Below, piece after piece: positions 35,952 through 50,400 of a stretch of 64,000 nt of DNA. Under the pieces are notes generated by a model. It was not told the DNA's origin, did not search any database, and saw only the letters and a program-made list of their open reading frames with translations. Position numbers and translations under genes: made by a program. The stretch's first letter is position 1. Each line of letters begins with the position of its first letter. The DNA is from Macrostomum lignano (lineage: Eukaryota), in NCBI GenBank assembly GCA_002269645.1, contig NIVC01000879.1:18666-82665 (forward strand), in the 5' to 3' direction.

Positions 35952-36923
35952 CGCGCTTGATGGCAGCTGCTTCAGTAATTAAGTTGAATTAACTTTATTA
36001 GGCAAGAATTCGATTGTTGCACCTGGGATACAGCAGTTTAGTAAATGCTATTTGCAATTAAACACTGTGAATGTATTGCTTTAGCCTCAGTGCTTGGTTG
36101 AGTACAGATCAGACAGCAGCTGCAGAAGCAGATTAGATAAAAAACTCAATGCAAGGCGACTAAAAGCAGCGACTGAGAGACGAAATTAATAAAAGCAAAG
36201 GGGAGGCAGAATAACAGCTTCTGGTTGCGTGTTTGGGTGTGAGCCAGAGACTCAGGGGGTGGCCTGTCCGAAGTTTGGCAATTAAACAGGGCTGTTTGGA
36301 CACTTTTAACAATGTATGCTGTGTGTGTTACATGCGCTGCCAACTGTTGCTCTAGCCTGCACCGGAGCCAAGTCTTCTCCACCTACGATTTTTAATATGC
36401 CACGCACTGCCAGGTACAACGCGCATAGGTGCTCATTCTCCCCACCCAATTCCTATCTCTCACGGCCATCACCTACCCTATCCTATCGCGCTTACAGACC
36501 CGGCTACAGCAGAGCGAGAGAGAGAGAGGTGGGAAGAGGAAGAGGAAGTCAGTCCTCAGGTTGCCATGACGACTGTGAGCCGCCGGTCCACCTCTTCTCT
36601 TCTCTACCTCTCCAAATGCCTTCCTGACTCCAGAATATGCCGGAGCCAATGCTGCCTTTTTTACATTCTCCTCCCGCTCATCATGCTGCAATGCTCACTC
36701 ACTACCTGCTGTTCTACACTTTGCTGCCGGCTGAATTCACCGACTGCTGCCGCTCTGGGTTGCCTCCCAGCAGTGCAGCAGCCGCCGTTTCTGCGTACAA
36801 AGCATTTCTCTCTTTCCTTTGTCCCGCCTTTCCGATTAACCTAAAGTCGCTGCGTTTCCGCGGTAGCGGGCCAGGGCTACAGAATCTCTTTCTGGGAACT
36901 TTCTCGGCTCCTTGGATCAGCCC

Positions 36924-37110
<187 letters not shown>

Positions 37111-37271
37111 CTTTGAATTTTTTTAAATAGCTTTTTTTGCACTTTTCGTTGTTAATACTCGTAAATAGTTAAAACCCTGACGAAGGCCGCCTAGCCTAGG
37201 CCGAAATATCGATTCCAAGAAACCTAGTCGAACTGTGTGCGTGAATTTTTCCTTTGTTTTCATATCTATCA

Positions 37272-37570
<299 letters not shown>

Positions 37571-38424
37571 CAAGGATCTTTTATTTGATTGTGGCAGCTC
37601 CGACGCATTTCTGCACTTGCTGGCGGACAGCATGCACCTTTTAATTGAGTTTTATTTAGAAAAACAATCAGCAGAAGCTAAGTTTTTTGACATAAGCGCA
37701 CAAAAACATTCCCAGAAAATCTGCTTGCGCAGCAGAATTCTGATCTGGTGCAACAGCTGGGCCTGCGCGACTTCAGTCTGGGCTGATTAAATGATCGGTG
37801 CGGGGCAACCCAGCTGTCCTGCACCCGACTGCAGCCAAATAAACGAGCCATTCACCCACAGATTGCGGGCGGCTCGCGCAAGAACCTGCAGTGACGGAGG
37901 GCGGATCAGCGTGAGGGCGCTGAGCATTCCAGCGAGTGCTGACTTCAGCACAGTCAGCAATTAATCGTCTTTGCTCGATCCCCAAAGAATTGAATCGCGC
38001 CGTCTGTTGCCACCGCGGATTAGCCGGCCAGGGAGCTCAAAGTCCGCCCCCGTGCTCAGTTGGAGGATCAAGGATAATCCTTGGTGGCACAGGTGCGCTT
38101 GCCAAAATTGGGGACAACATCCAGTGCTAGTTAAATTGAATTGACTAATCTGCATTGGCGACCAGAATTAAGTCCTTGGTCTTTAGCTGAGGGTATTTAA
38201 ACCAGCAAAACTCGCGCCTCAGAAATCAGCTTTAAGCTTTTCCCCCCAAGAATCCCAGATTCCAAGCATTCAGTCTTGTCTCTCACTGCAGAGGCACCGC
38301 TTCTCTCTGCCTCTGTGTCCTCTGTGATAATCTCAAGCAAAACTTCTCCTTCTAGAAGGAAAGCAAAAACAGTGAACAGATACTGCAACAGAATCTACGG
38401 CAAGCCAATTGCAGACTGTTAGAG

Positions 38425-41400
38425 ATGATCTCTAACCAGCGTTTGACTCTGCCGTCAGCTTCTGCTGGCTTCGGTCTTCTGCTTCTGGCGCTGCTGGTGC
38501 TGCAGCAGCTCGGCTCCGCCAGCTCCACTGCCGCCGACGTTAAGCTCAAGGAGACTCCCATGTGAGTTGCCATGCTCAGGAGTGTGAGGATAGAAGACGA
38601 AGATAGAACATGAAGATAGAACATGGCGATAGAACACGAAGGTAGAACATGAAGATAGAACGTGAAGAAAGAACGTGAAGAAGATAGAACGTGAAGAAAG
38701 AACGTGAAGAAGATAGAACATGAAGATAGAACGCGAAGATAGAACATGGCGATAGAACACGAAGGTAGAACATGAAGATAGAACGTGAAGAAATAACGTG
38801 AAGAAGATAGAACGTGAAGAAATAACGTGAAGAAGATAGAACATGAAGATAGAACGTGAAGATAGAACGTGAAGATAGAACGTGAAGATAGAACATGAAG
38901 ATAGAACACGAAGATAGAACACGAAGATAGAACATGGCGATAGAACATGAAGATAGAACACGAAGATAGAACACGAATATAGAACACGAAGATAGAAAAC
39001 GAAGATAGAACACGAAGATAGAACATGAAGATAGATCATGAAGATAGAATGCAAAGATAGAGTATCTCGGACCCGCACACCGGGACATCAGGTTGAAAAT
39101 CAGAACGCGTGTCAAAGATTGACATGACAGCGAAGATCTTATCGCGCCTTCTTCCTCCCTCGCTTCCAGCACGGGCCGCTCTGGCTGGTGCATTGTCACT
39201 CTGCAGCGCCGCGAGGAGAAGAACTCGTCCTGCGGCAACATGGTGGAGATGACCATGGAGGGCCTGACCATCGACAAGTCCTCGGTGCCCATCCTGACCG
39301 ACGCCGCGCTGGCCAACCGGACGACACACGAGAAACGGCAGCTATCATTGCAGACCTACATTCGCGACTTCGCTTATAGCAAGGCCACGCCGAACTGCAC
39401 GTTCTATAAGTGAGCGAAAATTTTTCTACTGGCTACTGGTAGTAGAGGAATTAGAGAGGACAGTTTAAACTGAAGCTCAAGTAGAGACAGGAGTTCCAAT
39501 TTGCACTTTACGATTTGAACAACCAAAAAAACTGGCTGAAATCTACGGGTCTACATGCCAATGGTCTTTTAGTTAACAACTGTGTCTAACATGTTCACAC
39601 CCTGTCTAACAGTTTACACGCCTGTCTAATAACAGTACACACCCCTGTCTAACAGTTTACACGCCTGTCTTACAGCTCACACCCCTGTCTAATAGTTCAC
39701 AACCGTGTCTAACATGTTTACACCCCTGTCTAACAGTTTACACCCCTGTCTAACATGTTCACACCCTGTCTAACAGTTTACACTCCTGTCTAGCAGCTCA
39801 AAACCCTGTCTAACATTTTCAAACCCCTGTCTAACAGTTCACACCCTTTCTAACAGTTTACACGCCTGTCTAACAGTTCACACCCTGTCTAATAGTTCAC
39901 AATCGTGTCTAACAGTTCACACCCCTATCTAACATGTTCACACCCCTGTCTAACATGTTCACAGCCCTGTCTAACATGTTTACAGCCCTGTCTAACAGTT
40001 TACACTCCTTAATAGTTCAAACCCCTGTCTAACAGTTTACACCCCTGTCTAACAGCTCACACGCCTGTCCACGATCCTGTTCAACAGTGAACCACAGTCT
40101 AGCCCAGCAAAGCCCTCTTCACACCCCTTCTCACCACCACCCAGGCTGACCAACATCGAGAAGACGCAGTGCTGCGTTGGCTACGATGGCAGCAACTGCC
40201 AGACGGTTGTCTGCTTCGTCGATCGCGGCGGCTGCCTAAACGGCGGCAAGTGCGTCAAGCCCAACGTTTGCCAGTGCGCCACCAACTACCTGGGCACAAA
40301 CTGCGATGAGGACCTCAACGGTGAGTACTGTTAGAACTCTCATGGGCGGGAACATGCAAGCAAACTTTGCTGTTGGATTAACAGTATCTCAACTCTGGAC
40401 TTCCGGATGGCAAATGAAGCAATTTTGTCAATTTCGCCAGAACTTTGCTGGCTGGCTGGACACCGGTAGCATTTCTGATAATTATGAAAAATTTTGAGTG
40501 CATCTCGGACTCAGTTTTATGTACACTTGCTTCATTTGCAATTCGGAAGTCCAGAAGCTGAGATATTGTGAATAAGGTACTAAAAATATCTACAAGTAGT
40601 ACATTTTCAGCGAAAATCATGGATACCATTACAACTAGCTCGTAGATGGGCCACTCAGCACATTTGCGGATAGGCTACTTTAAGTAGAAAGATAAATCTA
40701 TAAGCATTTTAATGTCTTTTAGAACAAGACTCGCCTATTTGGCCCTCTCCTCACCCGCTCTGGCCGCGTCTTTCCGCACAAAATCTCTACCCCATCGCCC
40801 CCCAATTTTTATTGCCTCCCTCGGCCTTCCCGCCCAAAGCTGCCTGCCTGCCATGTACATTATATACGCTCGTTTATTGGCCCTCTCACCCCTTTACAGC
40901 TGAACCCCTCCGGCCGCGTCTTTCCGCACAAAATCTCTACCCCCGGCCCGCCCCCCCCCCCTGATTTTTCTTGCCATTCTCGATGTCCAGCTTAAAATTT
41001 CGCCTGTCATGTACATTCTTAGTTACGCTGGCTAATGTACATTACTGCTGCACCATTAGCCAGTTGTTTACGTCTGCAAGCTTGGCTTATAAATTTATCG
41101 AGTCATTTTAACAGTCTTTTTATTAAATAAATAGCTTCTGTATTCTTCCTTGCTACAAGTGAAACTTCTTTATTAAGCATATGTAGTGGCTCATCTAGCT
41201 ATTCTAGTACATGTATCTGCAGAGTATTCTCGTATTCTGTGAGTAATGGAAAGCCTGAAAGCCTGAACGATTTCAAACTCACATTTACATGTAGTGCAAA
41301 TGTTGTAATGATACTCTCAATTCAGTAGTACGTAAAGAGTAGCCGAGTAGCTAAAGTAACTAAAGTATGAAAATCCAGGGATTACGTGTAATAAAAACTG

Positions 41401-44400
41401 CTTGTTTCCCCAACTGCTTGCAGCCATCAAGAACAACCCGAACGAGCAGTATTGCTACTCAGACGACGCCTGTCTGACCAAGAAGACCGGCTTCGGCTCG
41501 AGTCGGGTTGCGTTCGGGCGCTGCTGCTCCGACGGCACCGGCAGCTTTGGCTACCAGAAGGGCTGCATGAGCTGCAAGACCAGCACTGTTGGTAAGATGT
41601 CTCATCGACTCTGTCCGACGACTCTGTCCCATCCGACTCAGTCTCACCTGTTGACGACTCTGTCTCACCAGTTAATGACTCTGTCTCACCTGTTGACGAC
41701 TCTGTCTCACCTGTTGATGACTCTGTCTCACCTGTTGATGACTCTGTCTCACCTGTTGATGACTCTGTCTCACCTGTTGACGACTCTGTCTCACCTGTTG
41801 ATGACTCTGTCTCACCTGTTGATGACTCTGTCTCACCTGTTGATGACTCTGTCTCACCTGTTGATGACTCTGACTCACATGTTGATGACTCTGACTCACA
41901 TGTTGATGACTCTGTCTCACATGTTGATGACTCTGACTCACATGTTGATGACTCTGACTCACATGTTGATGACTCTGTCTCACATGTTGATGACTCTGAC
42001 TCACATGTTGACGACTCTGTCTCACCTGTTGATGACTCTGTCTCACCTGTTGATGACTCTGTCTCACCTGTTGACGGGGCTCTTACTTTCTGGCTTTCAG
42101 CTCTTTGAACACAGCAGTCGTTACCCCTATCTAACCAAGAATGTGTGCATTCAATCCACTTAGCAAGTTCTTCTTTTTAAATAATATGACCATAAATTCA
42201 TCACCGCTCGACAGCCAAGAACAATACGGGAGTCGAGGTCGTGCCATTCGACACCTGCGTGAGCTACGGCCCGAACTCCTATCGAACGTTCGACGGTCTC
42301 ACCTTCGAGTATCAGGGCCGGTGCACCTACCTGCTGGCTGGCAGTACGAACCCAACTATGAAGTGGTGGTGCACCATCACACTGCTTAACTGTGACAAGT
42401 TTGAGACCTGCAGGAAGGTAAAGCTTAGCTTGGAGACGATTTTGTACATTTTGGGTCACACTGGAGATAGACTGTGGGTCACTCAAATAAGATAAGGGAA
42501 ATTGATCAGATTCATAACTGCAAAATTGAATAACACAAGGCTATTAAACTCAAATCTCAATTGCAACACAATTTCAGCAAATAACGATGCGTTTCGACGA
42601 CATCAACCAGTACGTGGCTCTAGGCTACAATGTCCAGGTCTTCAAGCTGTCCGGCACCACAGGAGCCACCACTCTCACTGCCAACGTCACCCTGGAGGAG
42701 AATTCGGAGCCGAACGAGTGGAACGGAGTGAAAGTCGAACGCAAAGGTGTCAATGTTTACCTGACCGTTCGCAGCATCGGCGTCAAGCTTAAGTGGGACA
42801 ACGAGAACTCCGTCTTCGTCACGGTGGACCGCTCGCTTCACAAGAACCGAGGCCTGAAGGGCCTCTGCGGCGACTACGATGGCGACGCGACTAACGACTT
42901 TGGCAGCGCGCCAAATCCTGCGGCATTCGGCAACCAGTGGAAATCGGAGTCGGTGAGTGACGAGCTCGGATGGATCTTGTGTGGTGACTGAGTCTGTGTA
43001 CCTGCGTCCGTTTTCCGGTACACCCTGTGTGAATTGGCATGACTTGCTCGGTTCCGCAATCGCTAGAAATCAGCATGGCTCACCGGTCCTTTCCCATCTT
43101 GCGCAGTGCCAAGACATCGCCAATGTGCCAATCCACTGCGAGAGCCCCGAGGACCAGGCGGCCGCGGAGGGCGACTGCCGGCCAATCAACAACGTGTTCT
43201 TCCAGTGCCATAGCAAGATCAGCCCCACCCAGGTGGTCAAGAGGTGCGTGCAGGACATGTGCATCCTGAAGAAGAAAGGCGAGACCAGCGACTCAGCCAA
43301 GTCATCGGTGCTGTGCTCCCACCTGAGCGCCTACTCGTACCAGTGCTCGCTGGAGGGTATCTGCATCGACTGGCGCGGCAGCACCATGTGCCGTGAGTAG
43401 AACTGACAACTCACCTGGCAACGACTGACCCGTCGCAGCCAATAGGCCATTAGAGGCACTCGCGTGCTTGTAGATTTTATAATTCAAAACGGACCAGAGG
43501 GTTTTAGTATTTGAAAATTCGTTTTTTTCTAAAAAATTAAAATCCAATTCAAAACGGCGCCAAAATATGTGTTTTGAAGCAATTATTAAATTAATTAAAA
43601 TAGCTATGGCAAGTGCTCATGAAACATCTTTTAAAACCCAGATATTTAAAATGTTAATACTTTTGAAGGTGAATTTTAGTTAGACAATTCTTCAACTAAA
43701 TTTGATTGGCGCCAAATAGAATTTGATTTCAGTTAATGAAGAAAAACAAGGGAAGCCCAAAGTTCAACTCAATTTTTCGAACAAATCCAGAAGTACAGCA
43801 ATTATCTCTACTGCTTTATTTACACAGAACCTCATTCTAAGTTCTTAGGAACTACTTCTGAGACGACTTCTTTAATTTACGCATCAAACCCGGAAAAATC
43901 CGTTTTGCAGCTCAGAGCTGCCCGGCCCTGATGACCTGGAGCGAGTGCGCCAGCGCCTGCCCGACCACCTGCGCCAATTACGATCAGCTGAAATCTGCCA
44001 CCTGCGAGAGCAGCATGGTGCCCAGGTGCAAATGCGGCTCCGGCTACGTCCATTACAAAAGTACATGCATCCGGCCGAACGAGTGCCCGTGCACTTATAA
44101 CTCGGTAGAGTACATGCCAGGCAGCAACCTGGTGGTTGACTGCAGCACCTGGTAAGTGCGATGCTGCTTGCTCTCTGGCTCTAAGCTAGAACTTTTTATC
44201 TGTATTCTAGTAGGTGCTAGTCCCACCTTTAACAGGTATTAGCTCTAATCTAACCGGTATAAGCTCCAGTTTAAGCGGTATAAGCTCCAGTCTAAGCGGT
44301 ATAAGCTCCAGTTTAAGTGGTATAAGCTCTAATCTAACCGGTATAAGCTCCAGTTTAAGCGGTATAAGCCCCAATCTAACCGGTATAAGCTCCAGTCTAA

Positions 44401-47400
44401 CCGGTATAAGCCCCAATCTAACCGGTATAAGCTCCAGTCTAACTGGTATAAGCTCCAGTCTAAGTGGTATAAGCTCCTGTCTAACCGGTACAAGCCCCAA
44501 TCTAACCGGTATAAGCTCCAGTCTAACCGGTATAAGCTCCAGTCTAAGTGGTATAAGCTCCAGTCTAACCGGTAAAAGCTCCTGTCTAACCGGTAAAAGC
44601 TCGCATTTACTCGCTATACAAGTTCAGCCCTGATCACTCATCCTTTCCCCTTTCAGCAACTGCGCCAATGGACGCTGGCAGTGCACCTACAACCCGAACT
44701 GCCCGAAGATGTGCTCAATCACTGGCAGCCACATCGTCACCTTCGATGGCGCCAAGATGGACTTCAACCCGATGGGCTGCGCGTACACCCTGCTGGAGCC
44801 GGTGTCTGGCGCCAATGACTCGCGTCTGCAAGTCCAGGTAACCATGGAGCCGAGCCCGGAGTACCTGCTGGCAGTCACCGCCGACTCCCAGTTCGTCAAT
44901 CTGCCCAAGATGATCACCGTCAAGTACCGCGGCGTCACCATCCAGCTGAAGTCGGTGACGCTGGCGGCCGGCACCCGACCATCCGTGATCATCGATGGAG
45001 TCGACTTCACGAATTCGCTGCCGTACGAGAATGTGCGCAGCCAGATCCTGGTGCGCCAGCTCACCTCCTTCTACGCCATGGTGAAGATCGGCAACCACCT
45101 CAGCGTGTACTTCGACGGCTACAGAACTGTCGAACTAAAGGGCGCCAAATTGCTGAGTCAGAAGGTGCGTTTTGGTTGATGTTCGCCTATCCAAAACTAT
45201 TCTAAAATGTGTGTTAATCCGCGTCTCAAATGTGTGTGAATCCATTCTTGACATGTTTGTGAATCCATGTCTAACATGTGTGAATCCATGTCTAACATGT
45301 GTGTGAATCCATTCTTGACATGTTTGTGAATCCATGTCTAACATGTGTGAATCCATGTCTAACATGTGTGTGAATCCATGTCTAGCATGTGTGTGAATCC
45401 ATGTCTAATATGTGTTTATCCATGTCTAACATGTGTGTGAATCCATGTTAAATGTGTGTGAATCCATGTCTAACATGTGTTTATCCATGTCTAAAATGTG
45501 TGAACCCATGTTTAATGTGTGTGAATCCATGTTTAATGTGTGTGAATCCATGTTAAATGTGTGTGAATCCATATTTAATGTGTGTGAATCCATGTTTAAT
45601 GTGTGTGAATCCATGTTAAATGTGTGTGAATCCATATTTAATGTGTGTGAATCCATGTTTAAAGTGTGTGAATCCATATTTAATGTGTGTGAATCCATTT
45701 TTAATGTGTGTGAATCTATATTTAAAGTGTGTGAATCCATATTTAATGTGAGTGAATCCATGTTTAATGTGTGTGAATCCATTTTTAATGTGTGTGAATC
45801 TATATTTAAAGTGTGTGAATCCATATTTAATGTGTGTGAATCCATGTTTAATGTGTGTGAATCCATATTTAATGTGTGTGAATCCATGTTTAATGTGTGT
45901 GAATCCATCTTTAATGTGTGTGAATCCATGTTAAATGTGTGTGAATCTTGTCCTAAGGTGCGAATTCAATTGCAATTCAGCTATGAACACTTGCCTAAAA
46001 TGTGTGAATCCACAGACAACAGCTGTGAATGTGTGCCTTATAGCCATTAATCCTGGCCTACATTTTTGAATTGTCCTTCGCTATTAACGCTCGTATAAAT
46101 CCAGTCCTCACGCTAGCGAGTCAATTACCAACTTTCAGATCGAAGGCCTATGCGGAAACTTTGATAGCAAAACGGAAAACGACCTGCACACCAAGGGCTC
46201 CGATATGATTGCGCCCCCCGTGCAGGTGGCGCAGTCCTACGTGTCCGGCTCCTGCAGCAAGACCGCCGCGGAGCTGCCCAGCCCCGGCTCGACTTCTCAG
46301 TCTGTAAGTCAGAGTCCACTCCCTCTCCTGACTGATTCTGAGAGTCCACTCCCTCTCCTGACTGATTCTGAGAGTCCACCCCCTCTCCTGACTAATTTTG
46401 AGAGTCCGCCCCCTCTCCTGACTGAGTTTAAGTCAGTCAGTGGAGCACTGATCATGCCCGATGTCATAAATAAAACCTGTGCCCATGGAATATCACTTGC
46501 ACAGTGAACGAGTCACAGTGAACGAGTCACAGTGAACGAGTCACAGTGAACGAGTCACAGTGAACGAGTCACAGTGAACGAGTCACAGTGAACGAGTCAC
46601 AGTGAACGAGTCACAGTGAACGAGTCACAGTGAACGAGTCACAGTGAACGAGTCACAGTGAACGAGTCACAGTGAACGAGTCACAGTGAACGAGTCACAG
46701 TGAACGAGTCACAGTGAACGAGTCACAGTGAACGAGTCACAGTGAACGAGTCACAGTGAACGAGTCACAGTGAACGAGTCACAGTGAACGAGTCACAGTG
46801 AACGAGTCACAGTGAACGAGTCACAGTGAACGAGTCACAGTGAACGAGTCACAGTGAACGAGTCACAGTGAACGAGTCACACTGAAGTGAACGTAGTTTT
46901 AATTTACACAAAAGTTTGCATGCAATGCCCAAAATAGTCAGACAGGTACATTCTGATTAAAATAATTATTTTGTGCTAACTAATGGTCATCTCTTCTCCA
47001 CTTTCCCCATAATTGTAATTTCAGTCTCAGGTGAGCTGCACCATTTTACCTGCGCCATGCTTGCAGTATCTTGGCGTTTTAATTATAGAGCTTTAGCAAG
47101 CAATGCCTGAACATGCGCCATTGCACCTCCCTCCGCTACTTAACACAGACACCGGATATTGTAAATTTTCAACTAAAAACTAATAATTTGAATAGTTTAG
47201 TGGATTAGGCACACGGTACTGTGGCCGCGTTAGCAACTGCACGCAAAGCAATTATAGATTTCAATTTGCACCATGACCTTACCTGTTACACCACTGCACC
47301 CTTTGTTAGACCGCGCCAATTTGATAGCTATTAACCCGTTATAAAAATCCTGTTTTCTATGAGTAATTAATTTTGTTACAACTCAAACAAAATCGAATAT

Positions 47401-50400
47401 TTATTTTATTTGGATAACGAAATAGAACAAGCTAATTTTGAATAGTAAAACAAATCAAAATGATTATAAATAAGTAGTCAGATAGGAGTAGCATTTTAAT
47501 TTAAGATTCATTTTGTAAGCAAATACGATTGCAAGTTTACAAAAAATTTCTGAATGTAAGATATTTGCGAATTTCTGCGATCCTAAATTTTCTACGGTTT
47601 TACTAAATTCAGTTCAAATTCGCGCCAAATATGAATTGTTAAACGAACATATTAATCACATATAAACAAGTTAGAACAATTTCTGACTTTTAAACTTTTA
47701 ACCTTTTAAGCAGCCTATGAGAACTTTAAATCTACTTTCCAAAACTCAAACCATGCAGCTTAGGGTGTTTAAAAGTGGCTTTGATTGAGTTTAGAGGTTG
47801 TTAAACGATGCCCCAGTTGGCGCGAATTTGAATTGACTTTCATTTAACGCTGAAAATGCAGTATATCGACAAAAATTATTCCGTTGAATTTTTGATATTG
47901 TAAAAACTTAATGGGAACAGAAACCTTGAAGGAAATCCAAATAGTCTTGTTGTGATTCAATATTAGTTTGCTTCCTAAAGACGCAGATATAAGTTGCTAT
48001 GTTTACTAATAATTAACACATGATAAGAGCTTTAAATATTAATAAAATGGTTAAAACGACAAGTATGAATTCCGAAGTTTTGCGCATCAAATTGAATTCA
48101 GTTTTAGCGAGTGAAGTTAATAATATCAATAAATTTTTTAATTCAAGCAGCATAATTAAAGCAGAATATGACAAGCACCCCCAAGTCACCTGTTTGTGCA
48201 GCTGAATGAGCTGCGATCTCGGCAATGCAATTTCCGGGATTAAATTTAATGGCCTGAAAGTCCTAATTCAACGCCATACACAAACCTCACCCTTCACCCA
48301 GTTCGTTGCACCTGATCACCTGCGCAAACCGGGTCCTAGCTAATATCTATTTTAGAGCATAAGAGATATTCCAGCTGCAAAAATTCTATTGCATAAAACA
48401 ATTAACATTCTCAGCTCAGCGGAGTGGACGATTGTACTCAAGTATTGCTCAACAGCGACTCGTTCAAAGCCTGCCGCGACTCCAAGAAGGTGGACATACT
48501 GGGCTATTACTACAGATTCTGCCAGAAGGAGAAGGCATGCGGCGGCATTCCCAACATCGGCGAGCTCTACTGCACCGCGGCAATGAGCGCCGCCCGCGCC
48601 TGCAAAACTGCCGGCTTCCAGATCGACTTCTCAACTGATAGCAGATTGTCCAAGTGCGGTGAGTCTCGTTTACTGATAGCTACCAATGTCAGCTGTGGGG
48701 TCGCATGAATACTGAAGACTGTGCTGTCTAGGATTAAAGAAGTACCGATCCTCAACAATCCCGTACCTGTTCTCAACAATCCCGTACCTGTTCTCAACAA
48801 TCCCGTACCTGTTCTTAATAATCTAGTACCTGTTCTCAACAATCCCGTACCTGTTCTTAATAATCCCGTACCTGTTCTCAACAATCCCGTACCTGTTCTC
48901 AACAATCCCGTACCTGTTCTTAATAATCCCGTACCTGTTCTCAACAATCCCGTACCTGTTCTTAATAATCTAGTACCTGTTCTCAACAATCCCGTACCTG
49001 TTCTTAATAATCCCGTACCTGTTCTCAACAATCCCGTACCGATCCTCAAACAATCCCGCACCGATCCTCAACAATCCCGTACCGATCCTCAACAATCCCG
49101 TACCGATCCTCAACAATCCCGTACCGATCCTCAAACAATCCCTTACCGATCCTCAACAATCCCGTACCGATCCTCAACAATCCCGTACCGATCCTCAACA
49201 ATCCCGTACCGATCCTCAACAATCCCGTACCGATCCTCAACAATCCCGTACCGATCCTCAACAATCCCGTACCGATCCTCAACAATCCCGTACCGATCCA
49301 CAATCCAGTACCGATCCTCAACAATCCAGTGCCGATCCTCAAACAATCGCGTACCTGTCCTCAACAATTTTCAGCTCCATCCTGCATGTCTGGCGGCGGC
49401 TCGTTCACCATCTGTGCCCGGACCTGCCGATCCTCGTGCAGCGACTTGAGCAGCACCAGCATCTGCGAGCTGGGCTGTTTCCCTGGCTGCGACTGCCAGT
49501 ACGACAATCAGTATCGGGACGCCTACGGCACTTGCGTTCGCCAGTCTGAGTGCACCTGTCTAGACAGGTACAACCGGAACGGCAAAATCTATCGATCTGG
49601 CGCCGTCATCAGCCGTCAGTGCACAAATTGCACCTGCGCTAACGGTGATTTTGCTTGCGGCAACAGCTCCTGCGCCGATAAGGTGGTCTGCCCTAAGGAC
49701 CAAGTGTACTTGGACACCATGCCGGCCTGTCAGAAGTGCATCAACTATGACAAGTGCCAGTCGAACCAGTCGGAATCGGGCCGGTGCGGCTGTCCCGGGG
49801 ATCTTGTGAAGAAGGCGGACGTAAGTGAACACTGTAGACTTGCGAGCAGCTTTCATTGAATTCAACCAGCAGTCCGATCCTATAAAGTCATCTTATAGTT
49901 TAGTAGAAAGTTAAATAATGTAATGTAATAATTTTAGGATAAGACTCGTTTGTTGGCCCTCCCATCACCCAGGCTCCGACCGCGTCTTTCCGCACAAAAT
50001 GTCTACCCCCCCCCCCCAGGCCCGCCGCCCAGTGTTTATTGCCTTCCTCGGCTGGCTAATATACATTACGGCTGGGCCAATAGCGAGAAACTTTAAGCGT
50101 GTTAGCCATCTTATCATATCGTAAATTCAATTCATTATTTACATCCAAGTTGAGGGGCGAATTGAAAGGAGGCTATTTATAGCACAGTGTACATTCAAGC
50201 CACGTACATTAAAGAAAAGGGGTGAACTTGATTCAGATTCAAAAGAGGTCTATTTTTAGCTCTAAGTACATTTAAATTGCTACAGCCGCGCACGCCTCAG
50301 CTGAGGGTACAAAGCATAGATAAAGTATACATAGATTCCACCCCTGCCCAGAATGTACACACGCTCGTGTCCAAACTTTGACCACCATAAAACTCACCGT

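Noticed and set aside
38352-39329. Minus-strand hydrophobic ORFs of 97-246 aa
   Set aside because: Antisense to mucin exons 1-2 plus the 13-bp repeat.
47560-47840. 16-bp inverted pair TTCAAATTCGCGCCAA / TTGGCGCGAATTTGAA
   Set aside because: Possibly part of a MITE, but the ends and TSD could not be defined.
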